From the NCBI RefSeq assembly GCF_013177435.1, contig NZ_CP053627.1:1650001-1682000 (forward strand): 32,000 nt of DNA. Reading direction: 5' to 3'. The notes under the pieces are model-generated. The model had not been told where the DNA came from, searched no databases, and worked only from the letters and a program-made list of their open reading frames with translations. Below are positions 1-9,167 of this stretch, piece after piece. The position numbers and the translations under genes were made by a program. The DNA is from Xylella taiwanensis (GTDB lineage Bacteria; Pseudomonadota; Gammaproteobacteria; Xanthomonadales; Xanthomonadaceae). Every line of letters starts with the position of its first letter. Position 1 is the first letter of the stretch.

Positions 1-138
1 GCAGAATTAGACGCCGCCGCATATGCCGGAATGAAGACGGTGTTGATCGACCGCCGTGAAGATTATCCGACGCCACGCAACGCCAAAGACGCCGGACGCC
101 ACATGCATCTGGAAAGCTTCGCACAACTGCCCTTCTAA
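1..138 (+). CDS. 3' end of a HAD-superfamily hydrolase, possibly enolase-phosphatase E1 (MtnC-like); partial, runs off the left edge
   Basis: Frame 1 is open from nt 1 to TAA at 136-138. It translates as [45 protein letters not shown]. The ELDAA..AG(M/W).T motif is typical of the C-terminal HAD motif III region of MtnC-type enzymes. Only 45 aa are visible. Confidence 0.5.
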   Translation, partial: AELDAAAYAGMKTVLIDRREDYPTPRNAKDAGRHMHLESFAQLPF

Positions 139-679
139 ACGGGCTCATTGCGGTCACAGCGATGCCGTCATCCCCGCACATCAATCCGCAACCACCGTCG
201 TGGGAGCGGATCTGCACTTGCATTAGGCAACACGTGTAGCGCTACCCCGCTGCAGCCATTTCAATCTCACCGCGCATCAGCCATCGCCAAGCACATCGTC
301 CATCAGAACAACGGCGCCGCTGGCCTGTTGCATCCTAATCATGCAATCAATCACAGGCAGCAGCCTCTGGAAACGCTGCATCGATCCCATCCAAAAGACC
401 TCCGCGTCCTCATTCATTGTCCCAGTCGCCGCGTCCAGGAACGATCCACACGCAGACATGCACGGGCTGCTCAATCACATCCCTACACGTTCCAACGACG
501 CAACGCTCTGCATCGTTCAGAATGCAGCTGACATGACTGTTCAAACCGCTTCATTGGTGGGTATACCGCTGCAACACCACAAGACCGTAGTGGACGCACC
601 TACATTTACATTGACACGCGCGCCAGACATCCAGCGGCACAGGATGCTGCACCACTACGGTACCTGCCCCATCATGTAT

Positions 680-906
680 CTATAAAAGATGGGGTTAGCG
701 TCCGCGCACATGGTGCTCGGTTGCCATCGCGGCCACACCGCGATCGAACAGCATCTACGTACGTGCCCCATCATGCATAGTGATATGCCTTCACATGTGC
801 CACGTTCGGCCATGAAACGCGCCGCCTTAACCTAAGGCAACGCAAGTTGCGACTTCACTGCAGGTTTACCTTCTCCAGAGATCAGTTCAAACGTATCCTG
901 CGACAT
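680..906 (-). pseudogene. Decayed PIN-domain (VapC/FitB-like) toxin remnant with stops and frameshifts
   Basis: The minus-strand ATG at 906-904 gives MSQDTFELISGEGKPAVKSQLALP then TAG, compared with the VapC N-terminus M.LLDTNVISE..KP. Another frame gives FDRGVAAMATEHHV (compare D..IAATA..H). A third gives ADANPIF (compare the C-terminal NPW/NPF). The fragments occur in the right order but in three frames. This is pattern recognition only. Confidence 0.35.
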
Positions 907-1108
907 ACATGAGGTTGTCGCCTTCGCCGTCTTTGATATCGTCCAAGGTCACTGCACACCCTTCATTTCTCAAAATAATATTAAGCATAGCGATAAGATC
1001 GAGTTTCTCTCTGATGGCAGCCCAGGTTTCAAGCATCAATGGCCATGACACGATGTGTTTTTCATTCCTGAATTCACCTCACTTGCGAAGCTACTCGATA
1101 AAAGTCAT
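887..1108 (-). pseudogene. Decayed RHH-type antitoxin (VapB/FitA-like) remnant with two in-frame stops
   Basis: The minus frame reads MTFIE*LRK*GEFRNEKHIVSWPLMLETWAAIREKLDLIAMLNIILRNEGCAVTLDDIKDGEGDNLMYVAGYV*. The EaEIR.iL-like helix and the G..eLeDv...g.dn tail resemble FitA/VapB RHH antitoxins. The 3' end overlaps the putative toxin ATG by about 20 nt, which is typical TA architecture. Confidence 0.3.
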
Positions 1109-1293
1109 CCATGCCGCCTACAACGCGGATCGCTTTTGGAGATGCTTCTGCATGGCTGTTTTCCCATGTGTTGCGCTATGCAGCCATTGGCGTTCTTCTG
1201 ATTAACACGTTCACAACACACCACGACAGATGCGCTTGCGCGCCATCCCATATTAATGGCTCCACCTGCGGTGTTGCTCACCCTATCGCGCCC

Positions 1294-2262
1294 ATGCTGC
1301 TCTGCACTGCCCCCACTCCAACACGGCTGCCACACCTCGTGCTCGCACTCGGGCTGGCGCTGCTCATCGGCTGTCACCAGGACATCGATGCCGCACAACA
1401 CTCCCTCATGTCAGTAACGCGAGAAACAATTCTGGAGAATATCGATCCAGATGATCCGGTCGACAAAGCACAACTGCAGCGGACGCTAGCCACCTTGCAT
1501 CCGCAGCGCCCGGGGGTCACCGATCTGTACGTGGTCGGTTTCGCCGGCGACGCCAGCGAGGACGTGTTTCGCAACGAGGCACTCTACCTACGCCAGTTAT
1601 TCGAGCGCCGTTTTGGCACAACCGGACGTACCGTTGTCCTTGTCAACCATCCAGATAACCTTGGCAAGCAGCCGTATGCACCGCTTGCAACTTACGGCAA
1701 TCTGTACGAAACGCTGGCACGTATCGGGGAATTGATGGATCCGCGTGAAGACGTACTCCTGCTGTTTTTGACCACGCATGGCACCAAAGAGCACACGCTA
1801 TACGTGAACGTAGATAATGAGGAGGAAGATGCCATCACACCTAAAGACCTGCGTAAGGCGTTGGATGATGCCGGCATCCGCAACCGTGTCGTGGTGATCT
1901 CGGCGTGTTACTCCGGTGGTTTCATTGCACGATTGCACACCCCTGATACGCTGCTGCTCACCGCGACACGCGCCGACCGATCATCATTTGGCTGTGGCAA
2001 TACCTCCAACGCGACCTACTTCGGGCAGGCGTGGCTCATCGACGGGATGAACCGCACCAACGACTTCGGCACCGCATTCGAGTTCGCACGCCAAGAAATC
2101 AGCGCACGCGAACACAACGACGGCAAATGGCCATCACTGCCGCAGCGCGCACAAGGCGCGCACATCGGTGCAGTCCTGGCGCATTGGCGTGCCGGGATTG
2201 TCCCAGGTCCTCCGATACCATATCCCTATCCCCCCGTCGCCGCAGCGCCCACCGCGCGCTGA
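1294..2262 (+). CDS. Peptidase family C13 (legumain-like, clan CD) lipoprotein
   Basis: The ORF is 1111-2262. It carries the clan-CD catalytic dyad motifs LFLTTHG (His-Gly) and VVVISACYSGGF (Ala-Cys). An internal ATG at 1294 gives MLLCTAPTPTRLPHLVLALGLALLIGC, which has a lipobox L-I-G-C, so the start is placed there. No clear SD is present, so the start is uncertain. Confidence 0.8.
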   Translation: MLLCTAPTPTRLPHLVLALGLALLIGCHQDIDAAQHSLMSVTRETILENIDPDDPVDKAQLQRTLATLHPQRPGVTDLYVVGFAGDASEDVFRNEALYLRQLFERRFGTTGRTVVLVNHPDNLGKQPYAPLATYGNLYETLARIGELMDPREDVLLLFLTTHGTKEHTLYVNVDNEEEDAITPKDLRKALDDAGIRNRVVVISACYSGGFIARLHTPDTLLLTATRADRSSFGCGNTSNATYFGQAWLIDGMNRTNDFGTAFEFARQEISAREHNDGKWPSLPQRAQGAHIGAVLAHWRAGIVPGPPIPYPYPPVAAAPTAR

Positions 2263-2263
2263 A

Positions 2264-2281
2264 CGTCATGTCACCATGACG
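2264..2281 (+). terminator. Perfect 7-bp hairpin immediately after the C13 peptidase stop codon (no U-tract)
   Basis: CGTCATG-tcac-CATGACG starts 2 nt after the TGA at 2260-2262. No T-run follows, so function as an intrinsic terminator is unproven. Confidence 0.25.
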
Positions 2282-3643
2282 GATGACTGATCACGATGCT
2301 GCAATCAACATACCGTCAGCCTGCAGACTGTCGCCAACCAGCTTTGATAGCGACGCGTGGTTAAATCCATCGGATACTTGGTTCACTGAACCCTTTGCAT
2401 TGACGGGATTCTGATTGACGCCAACACTGCGCCAATCACACGGCCGGTGATGGATCCTCCGCACCTCAGCATGGAACTGACGCATCGGCCATACACTGCG
2501 GAGTAGATATCACGCCACCCCAGCACATGTCTGATAACGCCCCACATGCGCAAGCCAATCACACGTTTAAAACACCCACTTCCCTTTGCCCAGCCGAGAG
2601 AGATCAACCGACTCTGGATGCGGAGTCAGCATCACCTCTCACCAAACATTTGATTCAAAAGCATGGTTAAGGTGACAGAACGCTGTCCTGACACAAAGAG
2701 AGGCCACCTTGTGCGGTTCGCACACCCCAGCGCTACTTTCAGAGCCGACATCTTGATGGCCTCAAGCAGACGAGGAATGCACGCCCAACAACATCGGGTA
2801 CGTCCTGAACAGCATCCTGCTCTGAAAAAATGCGGCAGGTGCTGCGTGACGGCAACCACATGATCTGCTGACACCCGTGACGCGATAACACCTCTGTGGG
2901 AATGAGATCGCCTCCATCAGACGCTACCGGCCACACTGTGCCGAATGAACCTGCTGGACTGTCACCGAGCAAGACCAGATACAGGCAATGGATCCGCAGA
3001 AGAGGTACACATCACTCCCTTAACAACCAGGACACCTTCGATAACAAGTAGCACCGGATCACCCGCAAACACTGCTTTTTCCTAGTCTTCCGCATGCTCA
3101 GGGAACATCGACACGACCTGAATCATCAGGTGATGCATGAGCAGCGATGCTTGGGCAACTCGAGTGGTTGCAGCGGCACATAGATCAGGCCGACGCCATC
3201 CGCCAACATCAAGAACATCACACATCCCTGGACCTATGCACACCTCGCGCCTACAGGCGTGGGACACAACGACAGGCGGCGCTGTTCTATCGGTCAACAG
3301 CGCAACGTGCTGATCTCTGGTTCGCCAACATGGGCCAAGTCGGCCTGCGCTTCAAACGCCGCATCGACACATGCAGACTCCTGCCAGTGTTGCCGGACTC
3401 CCTCAGCGCCGCTCAGCGTTAATGATCCGCATTGCAGTAGTTTTACTCATCGTGCCAAGAGCGCTCATTCACATTTAGAAGCATTGCGAACATACATCCC
3501 ATCACATGCGAATCGCTGCAAGACACAACAACATCCCTGAAATTGGCACCACGCAGTTGCAAAGCGTGATGAATGCGCCAATGACAGACTGACGAGATCA
3601 CCATCCAGGGTCATTGGCCCCATTCACATCGCAACCACGATGA

Positions 3644-3723
3644 TCAATACCTCAATACCTCAATACCTCAATACCTCAATACCTCAATACCTCAATACCT
3701 CAATACCTCAATACCTCAATACC
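3644..3723. repeat. Perfect tandem octanucleotide repeat (TCAATACC)x10, VNTR/SSR-type
   Basis: Counted directly: 10 uninterrupted copies, 80 bp. The minus-strand reading (GGTATTGA) has TGA in all three frames. The plus strand is open in all frames (SIPQYLNT), but flanking stops leave no ORF of 60 aa or more across it. Confidence 0.98.
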
Positions 3724-4044
3724 ACGGTATGCCAAGCCACACCGTAGCCCAATGCAATGCTGGGCACAGACAGACACGGCTCAGCAGGCGCAGTGCTGCC
3801 ACGCTGCATTGCACATAACATCCCTCTGTCCCACATCTATCGTGACTCCTGCAGCACAGCGGGAGATGCCGGGAAGCTATTCCAAAATCGCAAGCCATCC
3901 ATCCGGCGCATGAAGCATCGCGGGCTTGGACTGCCTGCATCTGCATCAGGCGTACTGCAAACAACAGCCACAACCATCAGCCATATCACCAGCAAAAAAC
4001 AGGCAACTTCAAAGGTTCGCACTGCGAGCAACCCGCCATCGACA

Positions 4045-4647
4045 TTAACGATGCCGCGCCTCCAACACCGTGACCACATCGGCAAGCGACAGCCCGCGTG
4101 CGCGTAGCAGCACGATCAGGTGATACAGCAGGTCGGCAGATTCATCAAGGAGTGCATCATCCGCCTGTGCCACCGCAGCCAGTGCTGTCTCCACAGCTTC
4201 CTCACCCACCTTTTGCGCGATGCGGCGTATCCCCTTCTCGAACAACGCGGTGGTGTAACCGCCTTGTGGCCGGTCGCGCTCCCGCTCCGCCACCAGGGCA
4301 TCCAGTGTCCCCAGGAACTGCCCCGGTGCCGACGGAAAGCAACTCGTCCGCCCAAGATGGCACGTCGGCCCATGGGGCCGGGCCTGCACTAATAACGTAT
4401 CGGCATCGCAATCCGCATCAATCGCCACCAGATCCAGAACATGCCCGGAGCGTTCCCCTTTGGTCCATAAGCGTTGCTTACTGCGGCTGTAGAACGTCAC
4501 GCGGCGGCTGCGTTGCGTCACCTCCAGCGCCTCCATGTTCATGTAGCCAAGCATCAGCACCCGCAGCGTATCGGCGTCCTGCACGATGGCTGGCAGCAAT
4601 CCGTCGCCCTTCGCCCAATCCAGGCGAGGCAACCTTACATCGGTCAT
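4045..4647 (-). CDS. hisI: Bifunctional phosphoribosyl-AMP cyclohydrolase / phosphoribosyl-ATP pyrophosphatase HisIE
   Basis: The HisI core is LLPAIVQDADTLRVLMLGYMN...TFYSRSKQRLWTKGERSGH...DCDADTLLV...GPTCHLG. The HisE half is YTTALFEKGIRRIAQKVGEEAVE. The ATG at 4647 (MTDVRLP) lies 8 nt after the hisF stop, and the longer track ORF start was rejected. Confidence 0.95.
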   Translation of the reverse strand: MTDVRLPRLDWAKGDGLLPAIVQDADTLRVLMLGYMNMEALEVTQRSRRVTFYSRSKQRLWTKGERSGHVLDLVAIDADCDADTLLVQARPHGPTCHLGRTSCFPSAPGQFLGTLDALVAERERDRPQGGYTTALFEKGIRRIAQKVGEEAVETALAAVAQADDALLDESADLLYHLIVLLRARGLSLADVVTVLEARHR

Positions 4648-4654
4648 CGGACAC

Positions 4655-5431
4655 TCATTGCACATCACGGACCTCGATCTGCCGTTCACGCAGAAACTGT
4701 TTCACATCAGGAATCGAAATCGCACCGCTGTGGAACACACTGGCCGCTAATGCGCCATCGACATCGGCCTGTGCAAACACATCAGCAAAGTGCTGCCTCT
4801 CCCCGGCGCCACCTGACGCCACCAACGGCACCTGACACAACGCCCGCGCCTGGCGTAACTGTGCAATATCGTAACCACGGCGCACCCCGTCGCTATCCAT
4901 GCAATTAAGTACGATCTCACCCGCCCCCAAGCGCTGCGCCTCAACAATCCAGTCCAGCGTGCGCAGCGGCAACGCCTGGGTCTTGTCCGGATCCCCGGTG
5001 TTGCAACGCACTCGCCACTGACCGTCGGCCTCACGGATCGAATCGACACCAACCACGACGCATTGCACCCCAAAAGCCTCAGCCAACGCACTAATCAACG
5101 CTGGCCGGCGCAGGGCTGGTGAGTTGATCGAAATCTTATCGGCACCAGCCTGTAAGACCGCACGCGCAGTCTCGACCTCCCGGATGCCGCCGGCCACACA
5201 GAATGGAATGTCGATCAGACGCGCCACACGTTCCACCCAACGGTAATCCACCGAACGTCCTTCTGGACTGGCGCCGATGTCATAAAACACCAACTCATCG
5301 GCACCATGATCACGGTAACGCAGTGCCAGTTCGACGATATCGCCCATGTCCACGTGGTCGCGAAACCGCACCCCTTTCACCACCCGTCCATCGCGCACGT
5401 CCAAGCATGGAATGATGCGGCGGCTCAACAT
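4655..5431 (-). CDS. hisF: Imidazole glycerol phosphate synthase cyclase subunit HisF
   Basis: [23 protein letters not shown]... is the canonical HisF N-terminus, giving 258 aa from the ATG at 5431. The 85 extra upstream codons in the track ORF are non-conserved. Confidence 0.95.
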   Translation of the reverse strand: MLSRRIIPCLDVRDGRVVKGVRFRDHVDMGDIVELALRYRDHGADELVFYDIGASPEGRSVDYRWVERVARLIDIPFCVAGGIREVETARAVLQAGADKISINSPALRRPALISALAEAFGVQCVVVGVDSIREADGQWRVRCNTGDPDKTQALPLRTLDWIVEAQRLGAGEIVLNCMDSDGVRRGYDIAQLRQARALCQVPLVASGGAGERQHFADVFAQADVDGALAASVFHSGAISIPDVKQFLRERQIEVRDVQ

Positions 5432-5540
5432 GACAGCGCCTGCCCATACCAGCAAAAACAACCCAGGTATTGTGTGCCGCCACCACACGGCCAGAGACGG
5501 CCATGCGGACATACCACACCTGGCGACCGCACCAGCCGCA

Positions 5541-6350
5541 TCACACGGGTTTCTGACGACATACAGGCTCCTCTTGTTTCCCACCAGGCACGGTATCGCT
5601 GCTCTCGGCAACACCTTCATGCTGCAACGCCTCCTGTAATGCGAGGCGGCCCTCCAACAGGGCTTTACCAAGCACGATGCCCGCACAGCCAGCCATCTTG
5701 GCAGCCACGATATCCCCTACATCCCGGGCACCACCCGAGACTTGCACCCGCACTCCCGGCACCAACGCTCGCAGATACGCGTATAAGGCCATGTTTGGAC
5801 CGGACAACATGCCATCACGGGCAATGTCCGTACACAACAGATGGCGCAAACCTGCCTCGGCATACTGCTGCGCCAACACGCCCAACGTGGCCTCGGCCAT
5901 CTGGGTCCAACCATGCACCGGCAAGCGCCAGACGCCACTGGCATCCTGCCGCGTGTCCAAGGCCACGGTAATACGTTCAGGACCGAACGCATGCAACCAA
6001 TCGATCACACGGGCCGTCTCGCGCACCGCCAGCGACCCGATCACCACACGCGCCGCGCCTGCGTCGAGGATGCGTGCCACGTCATCGCGTGAACGCACAC
6101 CACCGCCGGTCTGAACCCGCAATCCCGTTTCGTGGGTGATCCGATCCAACAGAGGCGCCAAGGTATAACCGCCCGCCTTGGCAGCATCCAGGTCAACCAG
6201 ATGCATCCAGGTTGCACCACTTTCGGCAAACGCTTGCGCGCGCGGCAGCACCTGATCGTCGTAGCGCGTCTCACGGGCGTAATCACCCTGCTGCAGGCGC
6301 ACCACGCGGCCATCACGGATGTCCAGCGCTGGATAGACAATGAAACTCAT
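5541..6350 (-). CDS. hisA: ProFAR isomerase HisA (with a roughly 26-aa non-canonical C-terminal tail)
   Basis: [24 protein letters not shown]... and ...GKALLEGRL are HisA hallmarks. Its ATG overlaps the hisH stop (ATGA). The tail [26 protein letters not shown] looks like read-through into spacer. Confidence 0.93.
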   Translation of the reverse strand: MSFIVYPALDIRDGRVVRLQQGDYARETRYDDQVLPRAQAFAESGATWMHLVDLDAAKAGGYTLAPLLDRITHETGLRVQTGGGVRSRDDVARILDAGAARVVIGSLAVRETARVIDWLHAFGPERITVALDTRQDASGVWRLPVHGWTQMAEATLGVLAQQYAEAGLRHLLCTDIARDGMLSGPNMALYAYLRALVPGVRVQVSGGARDVGDIVAAKMAGCAGIVLGKALLEGRLALQEALQHEGVAESSDTVPGGKQEEPVCRQKPV

Positions 6351-6949
6351 GCAACTTCCATCTCAAGAAAATTACGCAAGATACGCGCCCCCGTCCCGGC
6401 AGAACGCTCCGGATGGAATTGGGCACCACAGCGCCATCCATGCTGCACCACAGCACTGAACATCCCACCGTGATCACACGCGGCCACCGCCGCCGCCGTC
6501 AACGGCACAGCATAGCTATGCACGAAATAGGCGCTGGCTCCCTCAGGCACCTCGGCCAGTAACGGCGCAGCACGCAGCGGTAACAACTGATTCCAGCCCA
6601 TGTGCGGCACTCGGATGCCGGGAGCCGGCGTCAGGCGGCGCACGACACCGGGCAACAATCCCAAACACGCCACATCACCTTCCTCCGAATGTTCGAACAG
6701 CAACTGCATGCCCAGGCAGATACCCATGAGCGGCACCTGCAACCGACGCAGCGGCTCAATCCAGCCTTGATCACGCAGCCGCGCCATCGCTTCGGGTGCC
6801 GCCCCAACCCCTGGCAGAATCACCCGCTCGGCCCCCTCCAAACCGCTGGCATCACCCACCACGCGTGGCTCCACCCCCAAACGCTGGAGCGCGTAACGCA
6901 CCGAACCGAGATTGGCACCACCCGCATCAATCAGGGCAACAACGGTCAT
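6347..6949 (-). CDS. hisH: Imidazole glycerol phosphate synthase glutaminase subunit HisH
   Basis: [21 protein letters not shown]... with the GICLGMQLL catalytic Cys motif. The ATG at 6949 overlaps the hisB stop (ATGA). Confidence 0.95.
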   Translation of the reverse strand: MTVVALIDAGGANLGSVRYALQRLGVEPRVVGDASGLEGAERVILPGVGAAPEAMARLRDQGWIEPLRRLQVPLMGICLGMQLLFEHSEEGDVACLGLLPGVVRRLTPAPGIRVPHMGWNQLLPLRAAPLLAEVPEGASAYFVHSYAVPLTAAAVAACDHGGMFSAVVQHGWRCGAQFHPERSAGTGARILRNFLEMEVA

Positions 6950-8073
6950 AACTCCCCCTTGGTCGAAGGCAGCACCCGCCCTTGGCGATGCACCGCCTGA
7001 CGCAAGGCGCGCGCCAGCGACTTGAAACAAGCTTCCACCTTGTGATGGTCGTTCTCGCCACGCACACTCAAGTGCAGGTTCATCCCGGAGGTATCACACA
7101 GCGAGCGGAAAAAGTGCGGCACCAGTTCGGTCGGCATGTCGCCAACCCGCTCACGCACAAATGAACCCTCAAAGACACAATACGGGCGCCCGCTGAAATC
7201 CAATACCGCGCTGGCCTGAGTTTCATCCATCGGCAAGGTAAAACCACCGTGTACCGCCGCACCGCTCACGTGCCACGGCATCTCTGGCGGATCGAACCCA
7301 TAGCGCCCGATACCGCGTTTGTCCCCCAAGGCTTCACGCAGCGCCTGGCCCAGCACCAGCCCGGTATCTTCAATCGTATGGTGCTCGTCGATATGTAGAT
7401 CCCCGGCAACGCTGATATCCAAGTAGACAGCCGCATGCTTAGCGATCTGTTCGAGCATATGATCGAAGAATGGCAACCCCGTCGCGATACGCGCCTGCGG
7501 TGCACCATCCAAGTCAATCTCGACACGGATGTTGGTTTCTTTTGTATGACGCTGCACGACCGCACGCCGCGGCGCATCGGCCAGTGCGTGCGCAATCGCG
7601 CCCCAATCCCACTCACCGCCGAACTGCGGCGTGCGCAATTGGAATCCGCGAATATTGAGGTTCTGCGCAAATTGGAGGTCGGTGGGGCGGTCGCCCACCA
7701 TCGCTGAGCGTGCCCAATCAATGCGGCGATCCTGAAGGTACCCGACCATCAGACCAATACCTGGTTTACGGGTGGGCGCGTTGTCAGCCGGCCAACTGCG
7801 ATCGATGAGCACATCCCGGAACACGATGCCCTGGCTAGCAAAAATGTGCAGCATCAGATCATGAGGACCATCAAAGCTGGCCTGCGGATAGGCGGCGCTG
7901 CCTAATCCATCCTGATTGGTGACGATCACAAACTGATAACCAGCATCGCGCAGCTGCAGCAATGCGGGGATTACTCCTGCGACAAAGCGCAGCTTCTCGT
8001 AAGCATCGATCTGAAAATCGGGCGGCTCTTCAAGCAGAGTCCCATCGCGGTCAATGAACACGATTGGTGTCAT
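6946..8073 (-). CDS. hisB: Bifunctional histidinol-phosphatase / imidazoleglycerol-phosphate dehydratase HisB
   Basis: The N-terminus carries the HAD motif FIDRDGTL, and the C-terminal IGPD region carries [11 protein letters not shown] and ENDHHKVEA. The protein is 375 aa. Its ATG overlaps the hisC stop (ATGA). Confidence 0.95.
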   Translation of the reverse strand: MTPIVFIDRDGTLLEEPPDFQIDAYEKLRFVAGVIPALLQLRDAGYQFVIVTNQDGLGSAAYPQASFDGPHDLMLHIFASQGIVFRDVLIDRSWPADNAPTRKPGIGLMVGYLQDRRIDWARSAMVGDRPTDLQFAQNLNIRGFQLRTPQFGGEWDWGAIAHALADAPRRAVVQRHTKETNIRVEIDLDGAPQARIATGLPFFDHMLEQIAKHAAVYLDISVAGDLHIDEHHTIEDTGLVLGQALREALGDKRGIGRYGFDPPEMPWHVSGAAVHGGFTLPMDETQASAVLDFSGRPYCVFEGSFVRERVGDMPTELVPHFFRSLCDTSGMNLHLSVRGENDHHKVEACFKSLARALRQAVHRQGRVLPSTKGEL

Positions 8074-9167
8074 GCGGGCACCGCCTGCGTATCACGCAAC
8101 ACGGCCAGGACGCGGGCGTTCTGCGCGGGCGTTCCCACGGTCACGCGCAATGCATCATGCAACTGCGGCGCGGCGCGCTGGTCGCGCACCACCACGCCAG
8201 CACGATACAGCGCCTGAAACACGGCCTCAGCATCATCAAAGCGCACCAGCAAAAAGTTGCCCTGTGACGGATAGACCCGGCGCACGCCAGGCACAGAAGC
8301 GAGCGCGACACGCAGGCGCTCGCGCTCGGCACAGACCACGGCCACGCGCTGCGCCGTGACGTGTAACGCTGCTGCCGACAGCCCCTGCTCGGCAAGCCTT
8401 ACGCATGGAGCCGGCAACGGATACGGTGCCTGGCAGCGACGTAACACGGCCACCACATCAGCATCGGCGATCAAGCTACCGATCCGCACGGCAGCCAGCG
8501 CATGCGCCTTGGACAAGGTACGCAGCACCACCAAATTTCGATATTGGGCCAGCAGCGGGACCACGGACGGCACCGCGGAGAACTCGCCATAGGCTTCATC
8601 GACCACCACGAGAGACGTACCAGCCAGCGCCTGCAGCACGGCCTCAATGTGGTGCACCGGGATCGCCGCGCCAACCGGGTTCGACGGTGAACACAAGAAC
8701 ACCAGCTTGGCACGAGACGCCTGCGCCGCCGCGATAATCGCAGGCACATCCGCGCGGAACCCATCCTCGCCATCGACCAGCGGCACTTCAACCAATGGCG
8801 CGTTCTGCAACTGTGCGGACACGGCATACATCCCGAACACCGGCGGGGTCACCACCACGGCATCGCGTCCAGGCTCGCACAGCGCCCGGACCAGCAAATC
8901 GATCCCCTCATCACTGCCGCGCCCCATCAGCAGTTGCTCGGGAACACAGCCGTAAAGTTCAGCCAGGATGCGGCGCAATGTGGCGGGCTGCGGCTCCGGA
9001 TAACAGCGCATAGTGGCCTGCGGATCTGCCGGATTGGCCCAAGCCGATTCGTTAGCATTCAACCAGATGTCACCGGTCAACGCGGTACTGCGCGCCGAGG
9101 AATAGCCAGTAAAGGTGCGGAGCTCCTGACGCACCAGGTCAAGCACGGAAGCCGTCTGTGCCTTCAT
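8070..9167 (-). CDS. hisC: Histidinol-phosphate aminotransferase HisC
   Basis: Class-II aminotransferase pattern with the PLP lysine context [16 protein letters not shown]. The protein is 365 aa. Its ATG overlaps the hisD stop (ATGA). Confidence 0.94.
   Translation of the reverse strand: MKAQTASVLDLVRQELRTFTGYSSARSTALTGDIWLNANESAWANPADPQATMRCYPEPQPATLRRILAELYGCVPEQLLMGRGSDEGIDLLVRALCEPGRDAVVVTPPVFGMYAVSAQLQNAPLVEVPLVDGEDGFRADVPAIIAAAQASRAKLVFLCSPSNPVGAAIPVHHIEAVLQALAGTSLVVVDEAYGEFSAVPSVVPLLAQYRNLVVLRTLSKAHALAAVRIGSLIADADVVAVLRRCQAPYPLPAPCVRLAEQGLSAAALHVTAQRVAVVCAERERLRVALASVPGVRRVYPSQGNFLLVRFDDAEAVFQALYRAGVVVRDQRAAPQLHDALRVTVGTPAQNARVLAVLRDTQAVPA

Noticed and set aside
277-474. Minus-strand ORF with GAVVLMDDVLGDG, resembling a phosphoribosyltransferase (PRT/ComF-like) motif
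   Set aside because: This is a single short motif followed by an in-frame stop, with no other family landmarks recognised. It could be a pseudogene fragment, but the evidence is too thin to call.
3644-3723. The octamer array as a CRISPR or coding repeat
   Set aside because: The units are contiguous with no spacers and are far shorter than CRISPR repeats. No ORF of 60 aa or more spans the array.
3837-4085. 82-aa minus ORF with a hydrophobic segment (CFLLVIWLMVVAVVC) just after hisIE
   Set aside because: It overlaps the hisIE 3' end by 40 nt, has no SD, and is low-complexity after the hydrophobic stretch. A small membrane peptide cannot be excluded, but nothing supports it.
5432-5686. N-terminal extensions in the ORF track (hisF +85 aa; likewise hisD +31, hisH +27, hspA +19, thrC +17, hisIE +14, C13 peptidase +61)
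   Set aside because: The conserved family N-termini begin at internal ATGs. For hisD and hisH those ATGs form exact ATGA overlaps with the upstream stop codon. The extensions have no family-like sequence.
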